A stretch of 64,000 bases of DNA, taken from Octopus vulgaris. Lineage: Eukaryota. Below, piece by piece: positions 1 through 12,030 of this stretch. The stretch's first letter is position 1; each line of letters opens with the position of its first letter. The DNA lies in NCBI GenBank assembly GCA_951406725.2, contig OX597826.1, positions 47,368,001 to 47,432,000 on the forward strand. Direction: 5' to 3'. A program made the position numbers and the translations under genes. Below the pieces are notes generated by a model, which saw nothing but the letters and a program-made list of their open reading frames with translations, was not told the DNA's origin and searched no databases.

Positions 1-1196
1 GGGAGGATAGATAGATAGATATACTGATTTTACAGCATGTATGTTTAATTTTATACACAGAATCACACACACATGCACACAAACACACACATACGCACGT
101 ACGCACGCACAAAACACGAAAATAGAATCACCTGTTGTAGATGCACAATCCTAAAGCCCAAAACTCATACCTGCGCATACTCACATATATACATAAAGGC
201 ATACATGCATGTATGGCCGTATGTAAACGCAGCTACATGTATAAGTAGGTGTTGTGATGTTTTGCTGTTACACGACTTTGATAATTTGTCGTCGAATCGG
301 GTTCGGCTTTTGCAGTTAAAAAAAAAAGCCCTATGAGGCCGAAACTTTATTTTCCTTTCAATTATTGCCATTACACTGGTGTCGGTGTTAAAGCTTTCAG
401 AAGCAGTAACGACAGAGAAAGAGTTTTGTTCTTTGAAAGACAATAATAAGCGAACAACTGTGTGGTTACAGGTCAAACGAGTATTGTCGGTTTCCTCGAT
501 AGCAAGACAATGGGCCTTTTTATGAAAACAAGCCTCACGTTTCAGCGAGACAATGTTGCTGACATTTGAAGCAAGGAGAAAGACGTTATTCTATCATCGT
601 CCTATCTGAAGCGACAATAACAGCCAGGAATAGACAATGCTTCAGGCGAAATTAAATGTCAGCTTATTGAAAGTGATGGTATTTGATGGGAGAAGAAAGA
701 AAAGAGAAAGGAATGAAGGAAGAATGAAAACAGAGGCTTACAAAAAAAAAGAAGGGAAAAATGGTAAAAGAACAAGAACAAGTACAAGAACAAGAAGAAT
801 AGAAATGGCGTTGAAAAGTTGCTTGTAAAATAAAGTAGTAGCTGAAAACAGAGCCGATCAGGACTTGCGTTAGAATGTTTATTATATCCGTTAGTTTTAA
901 TACTACACTGAACGAAATAAATATGGTGTAGCTAATTTATCTATATCGACGTAATTCTCCACTCCTCTTCACTCTCTATTCCTCCATCTCTCCTCCTCCA
1001 TCTCTCTTCATCTATCTCCCGCTTCTTGTGCGAGTGTGTAGCTATGCTCATATGCTATCTATTGTACGCTTTCTTGTGAAGTATCTACTCTTTGTCACTA
1101 GAGAATGCAGACAAAATTGGCTCTCAATCGAAGGGCTGTCTGACATCAGATACAACAGGGCATTGGCCCCAGAATTAATGGTTACATACCTACAGA

Positions 1197-1595
1197 GGTG
1201 CAGGCGTGGCTGTGTGGTAAGAAGCTTGGTTCCCAACGACATGGTTTGGTTTCAATCCCACTAAGTGGCATCTTGGGCAAGTGTCTTCGACTATTAGCTC
1301 GGGCTGACATGTGCGTTGTGAGTAGATTTGGTAGACAGAAACTTTAAAAAAACCTGTCGTATATATGCATATATGCATATATCTTTGTATGTGTGTGTGT
1401 GTGTGTGTTTCTTCCCCCATCACCGTTTGTCAACCGGTGTGGTTGCGTTTCCGTCCTTGTTTGAGGCCGTTAGAATAAGTACTAGGCTGGAGAAATAAGT
1501 CCTGGGGTCGATTTGTTCGATTAAAACCCTTCAAAGCGGTGCTCCAGCATGGCCGCAGTCAATTGACTGAAACAAAACAATAAGAAAATAAATGA
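1197..1595 (+). mobile_element. SINE family A (tRNA-derived, CORE-like), full-length diverged copy
   Basis: A-box TGGCTGTGTGG, B-box-like GGTTTCAATCCC, CORE-like TCTTGGGCAAGTGTCTT, internal (TA)/(TG) tract and 3' GCGGTGCTCCAGCATGGCCGCAGTC. About 20 related copies occur in the window. Confidence 0.9.
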
Positions 1596-2354
1596 ATATG
1601 TGTGTGAGTGTGTGTGTGTGTGTGTGTGTGCGTGTGTGTTTGTGTGTGTGTGTGTACACACACAAAACTGCTCATTCACTCTCACTAACTAAAGGCTGAA
1701 TAACATCTAGGAACCGCAACAATAAATAGCAGGAAACCACGTCTTTTATCTCTTAAAATCTCGAAGATCTTGTGAAGGTCGTGACCATTGCCTGTATCCT
1801 TTTGTCTAGATTATAACAACAGCAACAACAACAACAAAAAAACGACTGTTCTACTTCAATATCCCATAGCTCACTGTAGAGTTACTCTTTCATAGACAAA
1901 CCTTTGCTATAGTCTACGTGAAGGCCGACGCAGTTCATGACCTTGTAACACGTTGTCTGATCAGCTTTGAGGCCATACTCAACAATAGAGGTCTCTTGTC
2001 CTAGACGTGATGGCAACGTGATGACCAATTAAAGGTTATTCATGTCCTGATTAAATATCAATAAATGCAGCAGCGGAATTGTTCTATTATTCTTGGTGTT
2101 GTCTGCATGAACACAAAATTTGCGAAATAACAATAGCACTCAAAATATGCAGATCTTCAATCAATAGGCAGGCTCTGCTATTGGCATAATCACCTAATAA
2201 TGTATGTAGTGCATATATAGCTATATATATATGTGTGTGTGTGTGTGTGTTTGTATATATATATATATGTGTGTATGTATGTGTGTGTGTATGCATGTAT
2301 GTATGTTTTTATGTATGTCTGTATGCATGCAAACATACACAGACACACGCACAC

Positions 2355-2596
2355 ACGTTGTGGTGCTGTAAAGTTCCTGGTTTCGGGTGAAAGAAAATAC
2401 AGGAGGATCAGTTAATTATGATTTCATTCAATATATTCTCTCAGATTCACACACTTATTGCAGCAGTGATTCAGTTGATCTTCAAACGAACTCGGAAGTT
2501 GAGCCTCCAACTCGATAAACGAACTCCGAATTTTGGGCCTCCAACCAGGATTTTCGTTATACTCTTGAAGTCAGTAGCTTTTCAGGACAACCTTCA

Positions 2597-2598
<2 letters not shown>
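2355..2598. mobile_element. Degenerate mariner-derived MITE
   Basis: Imperfect inverted ends GTGCTGTAAAGTTCCTGG / TCAGTAGCTTTTCAGGAC resemble mariner TIRs. The internal TTCAATATATTCTC...CACACACTTATTGCAGC resembles the reverse of a mariner transposase C-terminus. Confidence 0.5.
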
Positions 2599-2670
<72 letters not shown>

Positions 2671-3149
2671 GTAAGCAAGCTACTTACTACACAGTAAGTC
2701 CTACGCTACTTACCACACAGCCAGTCCTACGCCTGTATCTACCCGGTGTTAATCATTATATCCCAAAGATGTAACATTTATGTGCGAATTCGGCCTAAAA
2801 CAGAACTTTTTCAGCGTGTTCGTTTTTGCTTAGTATTGGATAATCTGTCTTAATACTTGTTACTCACAGTTAAACAAATTAGCATTTATCCACCGATTCA
2901 TTTTCCAGTTACTTTCATGATTTAGGAAATACTCGATAACAACAACCACTTCTGCATCAACAAAATCACAACGCTAATGTTGTGTATTAATTTTAACAAC
3001 ACAATCTTATATGAACTCCTTCAGGACCGTAAGGGCCCCCTAAGGGCCATATAGACCCCAGTTGAAGACCACTGATCTAAATGATGGACAAAGGACCCAA
3101 GCCTCTACGGGAACTCAATGTCTGCACTGCATAAGCAGCAATAGCGGCA

Positions 3150-3615
3150 GCAGCTGCTACTACTAATACTACTGCTGCTACCGCTTCTGTTACTGCTACA
3201 GCTGATCTCACCACCGCCATCACACAGCACATACGCCACCACCAACACCTCGACTACTACTACAACAACAACAACTACTACTACCACCACCCTACTACTA
3301 CCACCACCACAACAACAACTACCACCACCACCACCACCACCACTACTACTAATACTACTACTACTACTACTGCTGCTGCTGCTACTACTACTACTACTAC
3401 CGCTGCTGCTGCTACTGCTATTGTTGCTACAATCACAGATACTATTGCTGATTATGCTACTTTTACTGATCCATCTCTACCCCCTCTTCTATCACCTCCT
3501 CATCTTCCCTCTCTTCATCCACCTCCTTGTTTCTCTTCCTCATTCTACTACTAATAGTAACTGCTACATCTACTATCACTACTAATACTGCTGCTGCTGC
3601 TGCTATTACTGCTGA
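3150..3615. repeat. Compound trinucleotide microsatellite (CTA/CTG/CCA/CAA)n
   Basis: Directly visible triplet runs. Confidence 0.95.
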
Positions 3616-4060
3616 TGGTTCAGTAGCTCCTGGTGTATAATACAATATGTTAAATTAGAAGTGCTTAGCTTCATTCAGAGATTAAGCAATTATCAGAGAA
3701 TAAGTTCCAGTTACTGGACACATCCGGTCATCTGACTTGACCTCGTCTCACCTGAGTTTAGTTATGATTAAATAGCAACATTCCGTTTTAAAATCGAAAG
3801 TGAAAGTAAGAAGAATGGAAGAAAAGATAAAAGGAAGATCAAAGAAGAATATAGGAAGATAACATGAGCATTCTGAAGAGTTAGAAATTTGCCTTTAGAA
3901 CTTGCATTTGCTTGGACATTAATTGGAGTAATAGAAAAAGTAAATTTTAATTCTTGGACTATATATGCCAATTGTAAAATGGTAGGTGCAGTGGGCATAG
4001 AAGGCGTTATATACAAAGCTCTGTGTGTGTGTATGTATGTGTGTGAACGTGAGTGTGTAT

Positions 4061-4450
4061 ACTCTTTTACTCTTTTACTCTTTTACTTGTTTCAGTCATT
4101 TGACTGCGGCCATGCTGGAGCACCGCCTTTAGTCGAGCAAATCGACCCCAGTACTTATTCTATCGGTCTCTTTTTTGCCGAACCGCTAAGTGACGGGGAC
4201 GTAAACACACTAGCATCGGTTGTGAAGCAATGCTAGGGGGACAAACACAGACACACAAACACACACACATATATATATACATATATACGACAGGCTTCTT
4301 TCAGTTTCCGTCTACCAAATCCACTCACAAGGCATTGGTCGGCCCGGGGCTATAGCAGAAGACACTTGCCCAAGATGCCACGTAGTGGGACTGAACCCGG
4401 AACCATGTGGTTGGTTGGCAAGTTACCTACCACACAGCCACTCCTGCGCC
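4061..4450 (-). mobile_element. SINE family A, full-length
   Basis: Reverse complement of family A from the (GTAAAAGA)n tail to the GGCGCAGGAGTGGCTGTGTGG head. A second head-half copy follows at 4583-4734(-). Confidence 0.92.
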
Positions 4451-4947
4451 TGTGCATGTTGTATGTATGATGCGTCGAGGGGAAGATTTCACATGTGCAT
4501 GGTTGTGTGGCTGTGCGCGCCCGCGTTTATCCACAAGGAAAAAGAAAAAAATCATGTGATGGACATATTTGGTTGTGTAGTGTTTCAGTTTCCGTCTACC
4601 AATTTCACTCACAAGGCTTTGGTCGGCCCGAAGCTATTGTAGAAGTCACTTGCCCAAGGTGCCACGCAGTGGGACTGAACCTGGAACCATGTGGTTAGTA
4701 AGTAAGCTACTTACCACACAGCCACTCCTGCACCTGTTAATAAAAAATATATATACATGCATACATATTTACATATATGTGTTCAAACATATGCACCTAT
4801 GTATACATACATATATATATATATATCGAGAGAGAGAGAGAGCAAGATATAGATCGATAGATAGAGAGATATACACTTGTGTGTATATATTCTTATGTAT
4901 GGAATATGGTTACTCCTACTTTTTTCTACAATCCTCACTCTGTCTCC

Positions 4948-4983
<36 letters not shown>

Positions 4984-6141
4984 ATAAATCATGCATAAAT
5001 GCACACCGACACCCATATATAAATATGAATGGATATATATATATACATGGGGTAGGAGATCTGTGTTTGTCTGTGTATATGTGTATATATATAAGTTTGT
5101 GTGTATATAAATATATATATATATGCATACATACACACACATTAGGGTACATTTATATTATAGTGCACTTATAAACACAGGCGCAGACGCCCACACACAT
5201 ATACACTATATATAGAACTACATGGCATAGGTCAGATAATATAAATGTGTACGTGTTGTATATGTGTATATATGTGGCAAAGATAGAAGACGAAGAAGAA
5301 GAAAAGAAACAAAGAAAGTAACAGGACCAAAAGACCAAACCCAGAAAAAAATGGAGCAGAAAACAAATATATAAATAATGGAATTAATAGAAGATTAATA
5401 AAAAGGGAACGAAAGTAGCGGATAAAAGAGAGGAAAAGCTGAGATTCAAAAAAGTCAAATGACTAGAGGCCAAGTTAACATGAAGTAAAGTTCGTGATAC
5501 AAGCACGTCCTTGCTTTTTATGTAACCACTATACAAGACAAACGTTATAAATTCTTTCTTCTCTTTTTCCATTTCTCTTTATTTTATCTCCTGCACATTT
5601 TCGTCACAATGTGTTTTGTGATATTTTACAAAGTATCCCAATATGTAAGAGTGGTTAGAAAATTGTCATTTCCGCTGGTTCAACTCCTTTGCTTCTGTCA
5701 GTTGATAACAATATGTGCAAAAAAGATCAGAGCGAAGGTGGGTGGAGCGTCAGTAGTAGTAACACGATAAAAAGAAGTGAAAGAGTAATAATAGTAAAAA
5801 CTATCCTCAGGTGATTTTGATGAAAAAATACAGTGGAAAAAGCGGTGAAATAGATAAAAAAAAAAAAACAGAACGAAGAGAAAAAAAATTTAATAATGAG
5901 AAAAAACACAATGGACATGTCAAAGAAAAATAACGAAACGAAGAAGATGAATAATAAAATAAAATAAAAAAAATTAGAAAAGCATAACAAAAACAACAGT
6001 TCAGAAAACAAAACGGGGGGAAAAATATACGACAGAAAAAAAAAGAACCAAATGAAACAAAAAAGGTTTTAAATGAAAGGGAAAAATTGCAAAGGTGAAA
6101 AAAAGAAGAAAGAAATTGTTAAAGAGACGAAGAGAGGAAGA

Positions 6142-6181
<40 letters not shown>

Positions 6182-6917
6182 AAAGTGATCAGCGAACAAA
6201 AGGTGGGAAAAAGAATGTAAATCGAAAGGGACTGAGCAAAGTGTTTTGAAGCTGTTAACAATGATCTTCAGACAATGTGCTGTCTTCGATGGCTGTCATC
6301 ATAGTATTTGCTTATTTCCTGCGGCTTACCAACACGAAACAATTGAATTCTTAGCTAAATAGCTGCAAACATTATATTTTTTTTTCCTATTCAATGTCCA
6401 GTAGAATGCGAAATAAATAAAAATGAATAAAATATTTACAAAATTTGTCAAAAGTTTTTGTTTCTTTTCTTTGTTTATATCACAACGATTCTTGTTTTTT
6501 TTATTTTGCTCTTTCAGTCCATACGAAATAAATAAACACACGAATAAGAATACACTGGTGTATAAACTAATATAGGTGACATGTCTTGCTTCTTGAGATT
6601 CTGATGGTTTAAACACTCCAGAGCCATTAAATCTAGGCCTTATGTAAACTTTAGACTAACGTACAAATCGGAGACGAATGCTTGATTGAAACATTCATTC
6701 TTCGATGTTTAACTCATCACCGACTCTCTCTTGACTTTTATTAAAATAAAAGAAATCCTTCAACACTAACGTCTCTCTTTTGTCAAATCAATATAATTAA
6801 GTAAAAACCTGAGATAGATGTAGTTCGCTAAACTAGGCAATAAGCAGCTCAGCATAACTGACTCGCATTCACACATGCGTACACGCACATCCATACACAT
6901 ATGTATATGCACACATA

Positions 6918-7323
6918 AGGCGGCGAGCTGGCGGAAACGTTAGCATGCATAGCAGTATTTCGTCTGCCGCTACGTGCTGAGTTCAAATTCCGCCGAGGTC
7001 GACTTTGCCTTTCATCTTTTCGGGGTCGATAAATTAAGTACCGGTTACGCACTGGGGTCGACATAATCGACTTTAATCCCTTTGTCTGTTTTTGTTTGTC
7101 CTCTCTGTGTTTAGCCACCTGTGGGTAGTAAAGAAATAGGTATTTCGTCTGTCTTTACGTTCTGAGTTCAAATTCCACCGCGATCGACTTTGCCTTTCGT
7201 CCTTTCGGGGTCGATAAATTAAGTACCAGTTACGCAATGGGGTCGATGTAATCGACTTTAATCCCTTTGTCTGTCCTTGTTTGTCCCCTCTATGTTTAGC
7301 CACTTGTGGGCAAATAAGAAATA
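6918..7323 (+). mobile_element. SINE family B head-to-tail dimer (B1 tail)
   Basis: Head GGCGGCGAGCTGGCGGAAACGTTAGC, B-box GAGTTCAAATTCC and central GTCGACTTTGCCTTTCATC...GGGGTCGATAAATTAAGTACC (resembles the Meta-SINE domain, from recall). Second unit joined at AAGAAATA|GGTATTTCGTC (7138/7139). Confidence 0.9.
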
Positions 7324-7620
7324 ATACATATATGCACACATGATTACAAATAAACATACACACTTATATACGTGTATATGTGTGCATTGCGTTACATGAA
7401 CTAATAAGAAGGGGGCAAAATACTTTATAGTATGAATAAGATATGTGCTGGTTACCAGTGGTTTCGTATAAAAGTAGAACTTAATATTTTAGTGCTTCAG
7501 AGAACACTACGAGAACATTCCTCAGGCTTGAGCGATTCTTTTTATATGAAATGAATTGTAGCCTGCATATCAATGACTGCATTATGCTCACTGTCACTGG
7601 CATTTTGTCTATTACAACAA

Positions 7621-8495
7621 CGAGTGTTCCAGATGATCCGATTAACGGGACAACCTGCTCGTGAATTTAACGTGCAAGTGGTTGAGCATTTATCAAACAC
7701 GTGTACCTATTTCTTTACTACCCACAAGGAGCTAAACACAGAGAGGACAAACAAGGACAGACAAACGGATTAAGTCGAATACATCGACTCCAGTGCATAA
7801 CTGGTACTTATTTAATCAACCCCGAAAGAATGAAAGGTAAACTCGACCTCGGCGGAATTTGAACTCAGAACGTAGCCGCAGACGAAATACCTATTTCATT
7901 ACTACCCACAAGAGTCTAAACACAGAGAGGACAAACAAGGACAGACAAACGGATTGAGTCGAATACATCGACTCCAGTGCGTAACTGGTACTTATTTAAT
8001 CAACCCCGAAAGGATGAAAGGTAAACTCGACCTCGGAGGAATTTGAACTCAGAACGTAAATACAGACGAAATACCTATTTCTTTACTACCCACAAGGGGC
8101 TAAACACGGGGAGGACAAACAAGGACAGACAAACGGATAAAGTCGATTATATTGACCCCATTGAGTAACTGGTACTTAATTTATCGACCCCGAAAGGATG
8201 AAAGGCAAAGTCGACCTCGGTGGAATTTGAACTCAGAACGTAACGGCGGACGAAATGCGGCTATGCATTCCGCCCGGCGTGCTAACGTTTCTGCCAGCTC
8301 GCCACCTTCATTCATCAAACACGTGTACCGTTAATGTAAGTCTCAGGGAAATTCAGGTACTACTTATTTCTGCCAACTTGTTGAACTGGAACAACTTTAA
8401 ATAAAGTGTCTTGCTCAAGGACACATCGCACCGCCGAGAATCGAACTCACAATCTTATGGTCATGAGCTGAATACTTCAAACTCTAAGCTGCTTG
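7621..8495 (-). mobile_element. SINE family G (tRNA head, GTGTCCTTGAGCAAGACACTT core), split by a family B trimer
   Basis: The two halves lie at 7621-7707 and 8309-8495. Related pieces occur at 15012-15220(+) and 60465-60592(-). Confidence 0.7.
7708..8307 (-). mobile_element. SINE family B trimer with 21-bp target-site duplication
   Basis: Three ~184-bp units with junctions at 7891/7892 and 8075/8076. Flanked by CATTTATCAAACACGTGTACC (7687-7707) and CATTCATCAAACACGTGTACC (8309-8329). Confidence 0.92.
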
Positions 8496-9120
8496 CCTTT
8501 ACGATGCCTACGATAAAGTATATGTATACAGGTTCTTCGAACGGATCGACGATGATCATCTGGCCATCGTGGGTGAAGGATGACTGATGACATGTGCAAT
8601 GCCTTTGTTTAAAATGAAGAAGAGTAGAGCACCATCAAACTCACTCTCTTGTCAATGACCATCATCAGTCCAGTGGCAAGACAGATCAAGACAACTGCGA
8701 ATGAGGCTGGATGCGGTTGATGACCAAGACACATACCAGGTCTCATTTTCCTCTCTGCAGTTCACAATGCCTTACAGCAGCCGACTTCATTTACGTTGAT
8801 ACTTGAAATTTCTTCCACAGAGTTCCCCGAAACCAATAAATATGTACTTAAGAATAACCGGCAGAATCGGTTAGCATTGATAGCCTTTATAAAGATCTTT
8901 TTACAAATTTGTTACACTGTTGCAAATAGTCGTTATTAAATACATTAATTTAAGTTTTGCTATATTACGAGGCTATCATAGTAGTCTTAATCGGCATGCA
9001 CCACACACACACATGTATGTATGTATTTATGTATGCGTGTATGTATGTACGTACATGTATGCATGTATATACATATACATATATATACATACATACATAC
9101 ATATATATACATATATATAC

Positions 9121-9190
<70 letters not shown>

Positions 9191-9430
9191 ATTGAATTTT
9201 CAACCCCTATCTCATTTTATATATAAATATATATATATAAAGGGGTCTAATGGTCTTAGCTTAGACTCTTGGGGGGACAACCAGATCGAACCATCTCAAG
9301 TGTAACTGTCCGAAATGGTCGTGGCTTCTCGTACTTTGCCTGTCCTTGTAATTGTTGTTTCTCTTGTCCACCTTTGTGTCCTCTATCTGTCCGAACGTTC
9401 GAATGCCCTCTGTTGCGTTTTCCATCCATT
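9191..9430 (+). mobile_element. (TA)n-embedded structured element, family D; partial permuted-hammerhead domain at 9241-9320
   Basis: Hairpin 9241-9250/9261-9270, GGACA/TGTCC pairing and ACCAT-C...GAA-ATGGT. Homologous to the reverse complement of 20145-20228. Confidence 0.6.
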
Positions 9431-9473
<43 letters not shown>

Positions 9474-11354
9474 ATGTGTGTGTGTGTGTGTGTGTATGTG
9501 TGTGTGTGTGTGTATGTGTCTGTTGAACGATGCATTTAATTTCATACCATATTATTATTATACAGGCATATGATTGAATAATAACGATCCTCAAGAGTTG
9601 AAAAATGCACCCATTTTTACCTTTACATCATAAAACCTTGCCACGTATTTAATCAAAATATGTAACTTATATTCTATACAACATTTACACTGACGTTTTC
9701 GATACAGAAATCTCGAGAAAGATTCGAAACTGCAACTTTATTGCTTAAACAACAAATTGATGTTGTAATAATACCTCACCTGCAATCAAACTGATTGTTG
9801 CTCTCCTTTCATTCTCTTTGCAGAACAAAGAGTCTTTGTACTGTCAATCAAGACTGTGGCCAGTAGAAGGGTTTATTAACCAGAAAGAATAGTTGGCTTT
9901 TCCAGTTGAATACCTTAACAAGAAACGTCGTTCATTTTTAACTAATCAACTGTCTGAACGGAACAATTGATTGTGGCTGTCTTTTAATTACTTGGCGACA
10001 TCAAACGATGTTGCCTTAGTAATTAATGTCACATTAATTTCAAAATCTCACCAAATTGTTTAAACCAACTGTTAATTCTTAGAACTTAATATAAAGAAAA
10101 GGCTATTGCCATTTTACAACTTTCTACAGGTTCCTCTTAAGAATGATTCATTTATATTAAGTTCACTATGAACGGGTGGACAACAGAGTTACCTAAAAGA
10201 AGGCAGTGGTGTGAGTATCATTATCGTGACCGAAAGGATTACGAAAGCTTGAAGTCCACTCTATAAGAGAGCTATCAAAGTTCTTGTTAATTGCACAATA
10301 CTATTCCACCATATTTTATAGCAGTAAAAAATGTACTTTCTATCTCACTCTCTCTTTCTCTCTTTCTTTTTCTCTCTCTCTCTCTTTCATTATCTTTCTC
10401 TCTATCTCTTTCTAACTCTCTAATTCTCTTTCTCTCTTTCACTTTCTCTTTCCCTCTCTCCCTCTCACTCTGAGTGTGTCTCTTTTTTTGACCGTATCTA
10501 TTTACAGTTAAGCGACATTATTCAAAGGAAGTTCAGTATTTTGGTTTCGGTCACACTACAGTGCAGTAATGACATACCAAGCACCGACTGTTCGGCGACG
10601 AGTCCGCCATGCTGTCGACTCGCTTATATAAAACTTCTTTCAATAAGAATAATTAAATAAAAGATATCCGTCTCAAACATTAAATCAAATTCATAAGACA
10701 TTATGTATCGCGTATCATTTCTTAACATTGATATGAACGAACCTGCGAATCATTAATGAATAGCATATGGAAAGTTGTGGTCTTCATGTCTTCCAAAACT
10801 GCACTCGCAAATTTAAAGTGAAATAAAATTACTCCAAACCTGGATTCCATATTGCTGCGTGGATGCACCACACTGAGAGAGTTTTCTCCCCAATGAGTTT
10901 TCGTTAATCCTTCAATTGCATGGACATAAATCCTCAGACATAAAACTACAAATCCGTAGGAAATGAGAATATAATTGAGTGACGTATATGATTTTGTGTG
11001 TCATTAGCAACATTAATAAAGTAGATTGACTTGAACATGTGATTAAATCTGGGTCAATGAGTCTGCTCCACATGAGCTTACCTTATATTGGCATCATGGT
11101 GATTTCCAATCTCTTTTAATTAATTGATTTCTTTTGACTAATCTGAAGGTCGCTAAATTAAAGGGGGAATAGTGTATATGTTTGTGGAGGGGACACCTTT
11201 CTTCTATGGCCATTAGCTACATAATTGAAATGCGATAGCATCATCCGAGAATCGAAACTGTATAGCGGAATCGGTAAGTGGATATATTATCTATTGTTCT
11301 TCAAGGTTCGTTACCCTAAAATTAATATGATACTAATATGATACTTAACAAAAG

Positions 11355-12030
11355 GCAGTGAGCTGGCAGAATTGTTAGCAAGCCGGACAAAATGCTTAGC
11401 AACACTTCGTCCGTCTTTTATGATCTGAGTTCAAATTCTGCAGAAGTTGACTTTACCTTTCGGGATCAATAAAATAAGTACCACTTGATCACAGGGGTCG
11501 ATTTAATTTTCACATGGTCTTCTCCAAGCCTGCTAGCCATGTGCCAAAATTTGAAAATACCATGATACTTAGCAAACAAGGCAGCGAGCTGGAAGAGTCG
11601 TTAGTTTGCCGGGTAAAGACGCCTAAGCGTCATTCCGTTCTACTTTACGCTCTGTGTTCAAATTCAGTCGAGGTCGAATTTACATTTCCTCATTTCGGGG
11701 TCGATAAAATAAGTACCAGTTGAGCACTGGAGGGTCGATGAAATCGACTTAATCGCTCCCTAGAAATTTTTTGTCTGGTGCCAAAATTTGAAACCAATAT
11801 GTTACTTGGCAAAGAGAGCAGTGGGCTGGCAGAATCGTTAGCATGCCGGACAAAATTCTGCGAAGCATTTTATCCGACTCTACGTTCTGAGTTCAAACTT
11901 GAGGTCGACTTTACTTTTCCTCATTTCAGGGGCGATAAAATAAGTACCAGTTGAACACTGGGATCGATGTAATTAATTCACCTCTCCTACCGAAACTGCT
12001 GGCCTTGTGCCAAAATTCGAAACCAATATG
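11355..12030 (+). mobile_element. Tandem array of three diverged family B SINEs (B2 tail)
   Basis: Three ~230-240-bp units, each ending GCCAAAATTYGAAA and separated by an ATGWTACTT spacer. Confidence 0.85.

Noticed and set aside
329-350. CTATGAGGCCGAAAC hammerhead-like string
   Set aside because: Core lacks G5, stem II has no loop, and stems I and III are not convincing.
3000-3077. hAT MITE end (GTTGAAGACCACTG)
   Set aside because: Only one terminus is recognisable; no matching TIR or 8-bp TSD found.
4385-4698. Recurrent peptides such as VEDTCPRCHAVGLNPEPCGW and FQSFDCGHAGAPPLVEQID
   Set aside because: Translations of SINE family A, not a protein family.
7708-8307. CRISPR-like regular repeats
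   Set aside because: Units are whole ~184-bp SINE bodies without unique spacers, in eukaryotic context with no cas genes.
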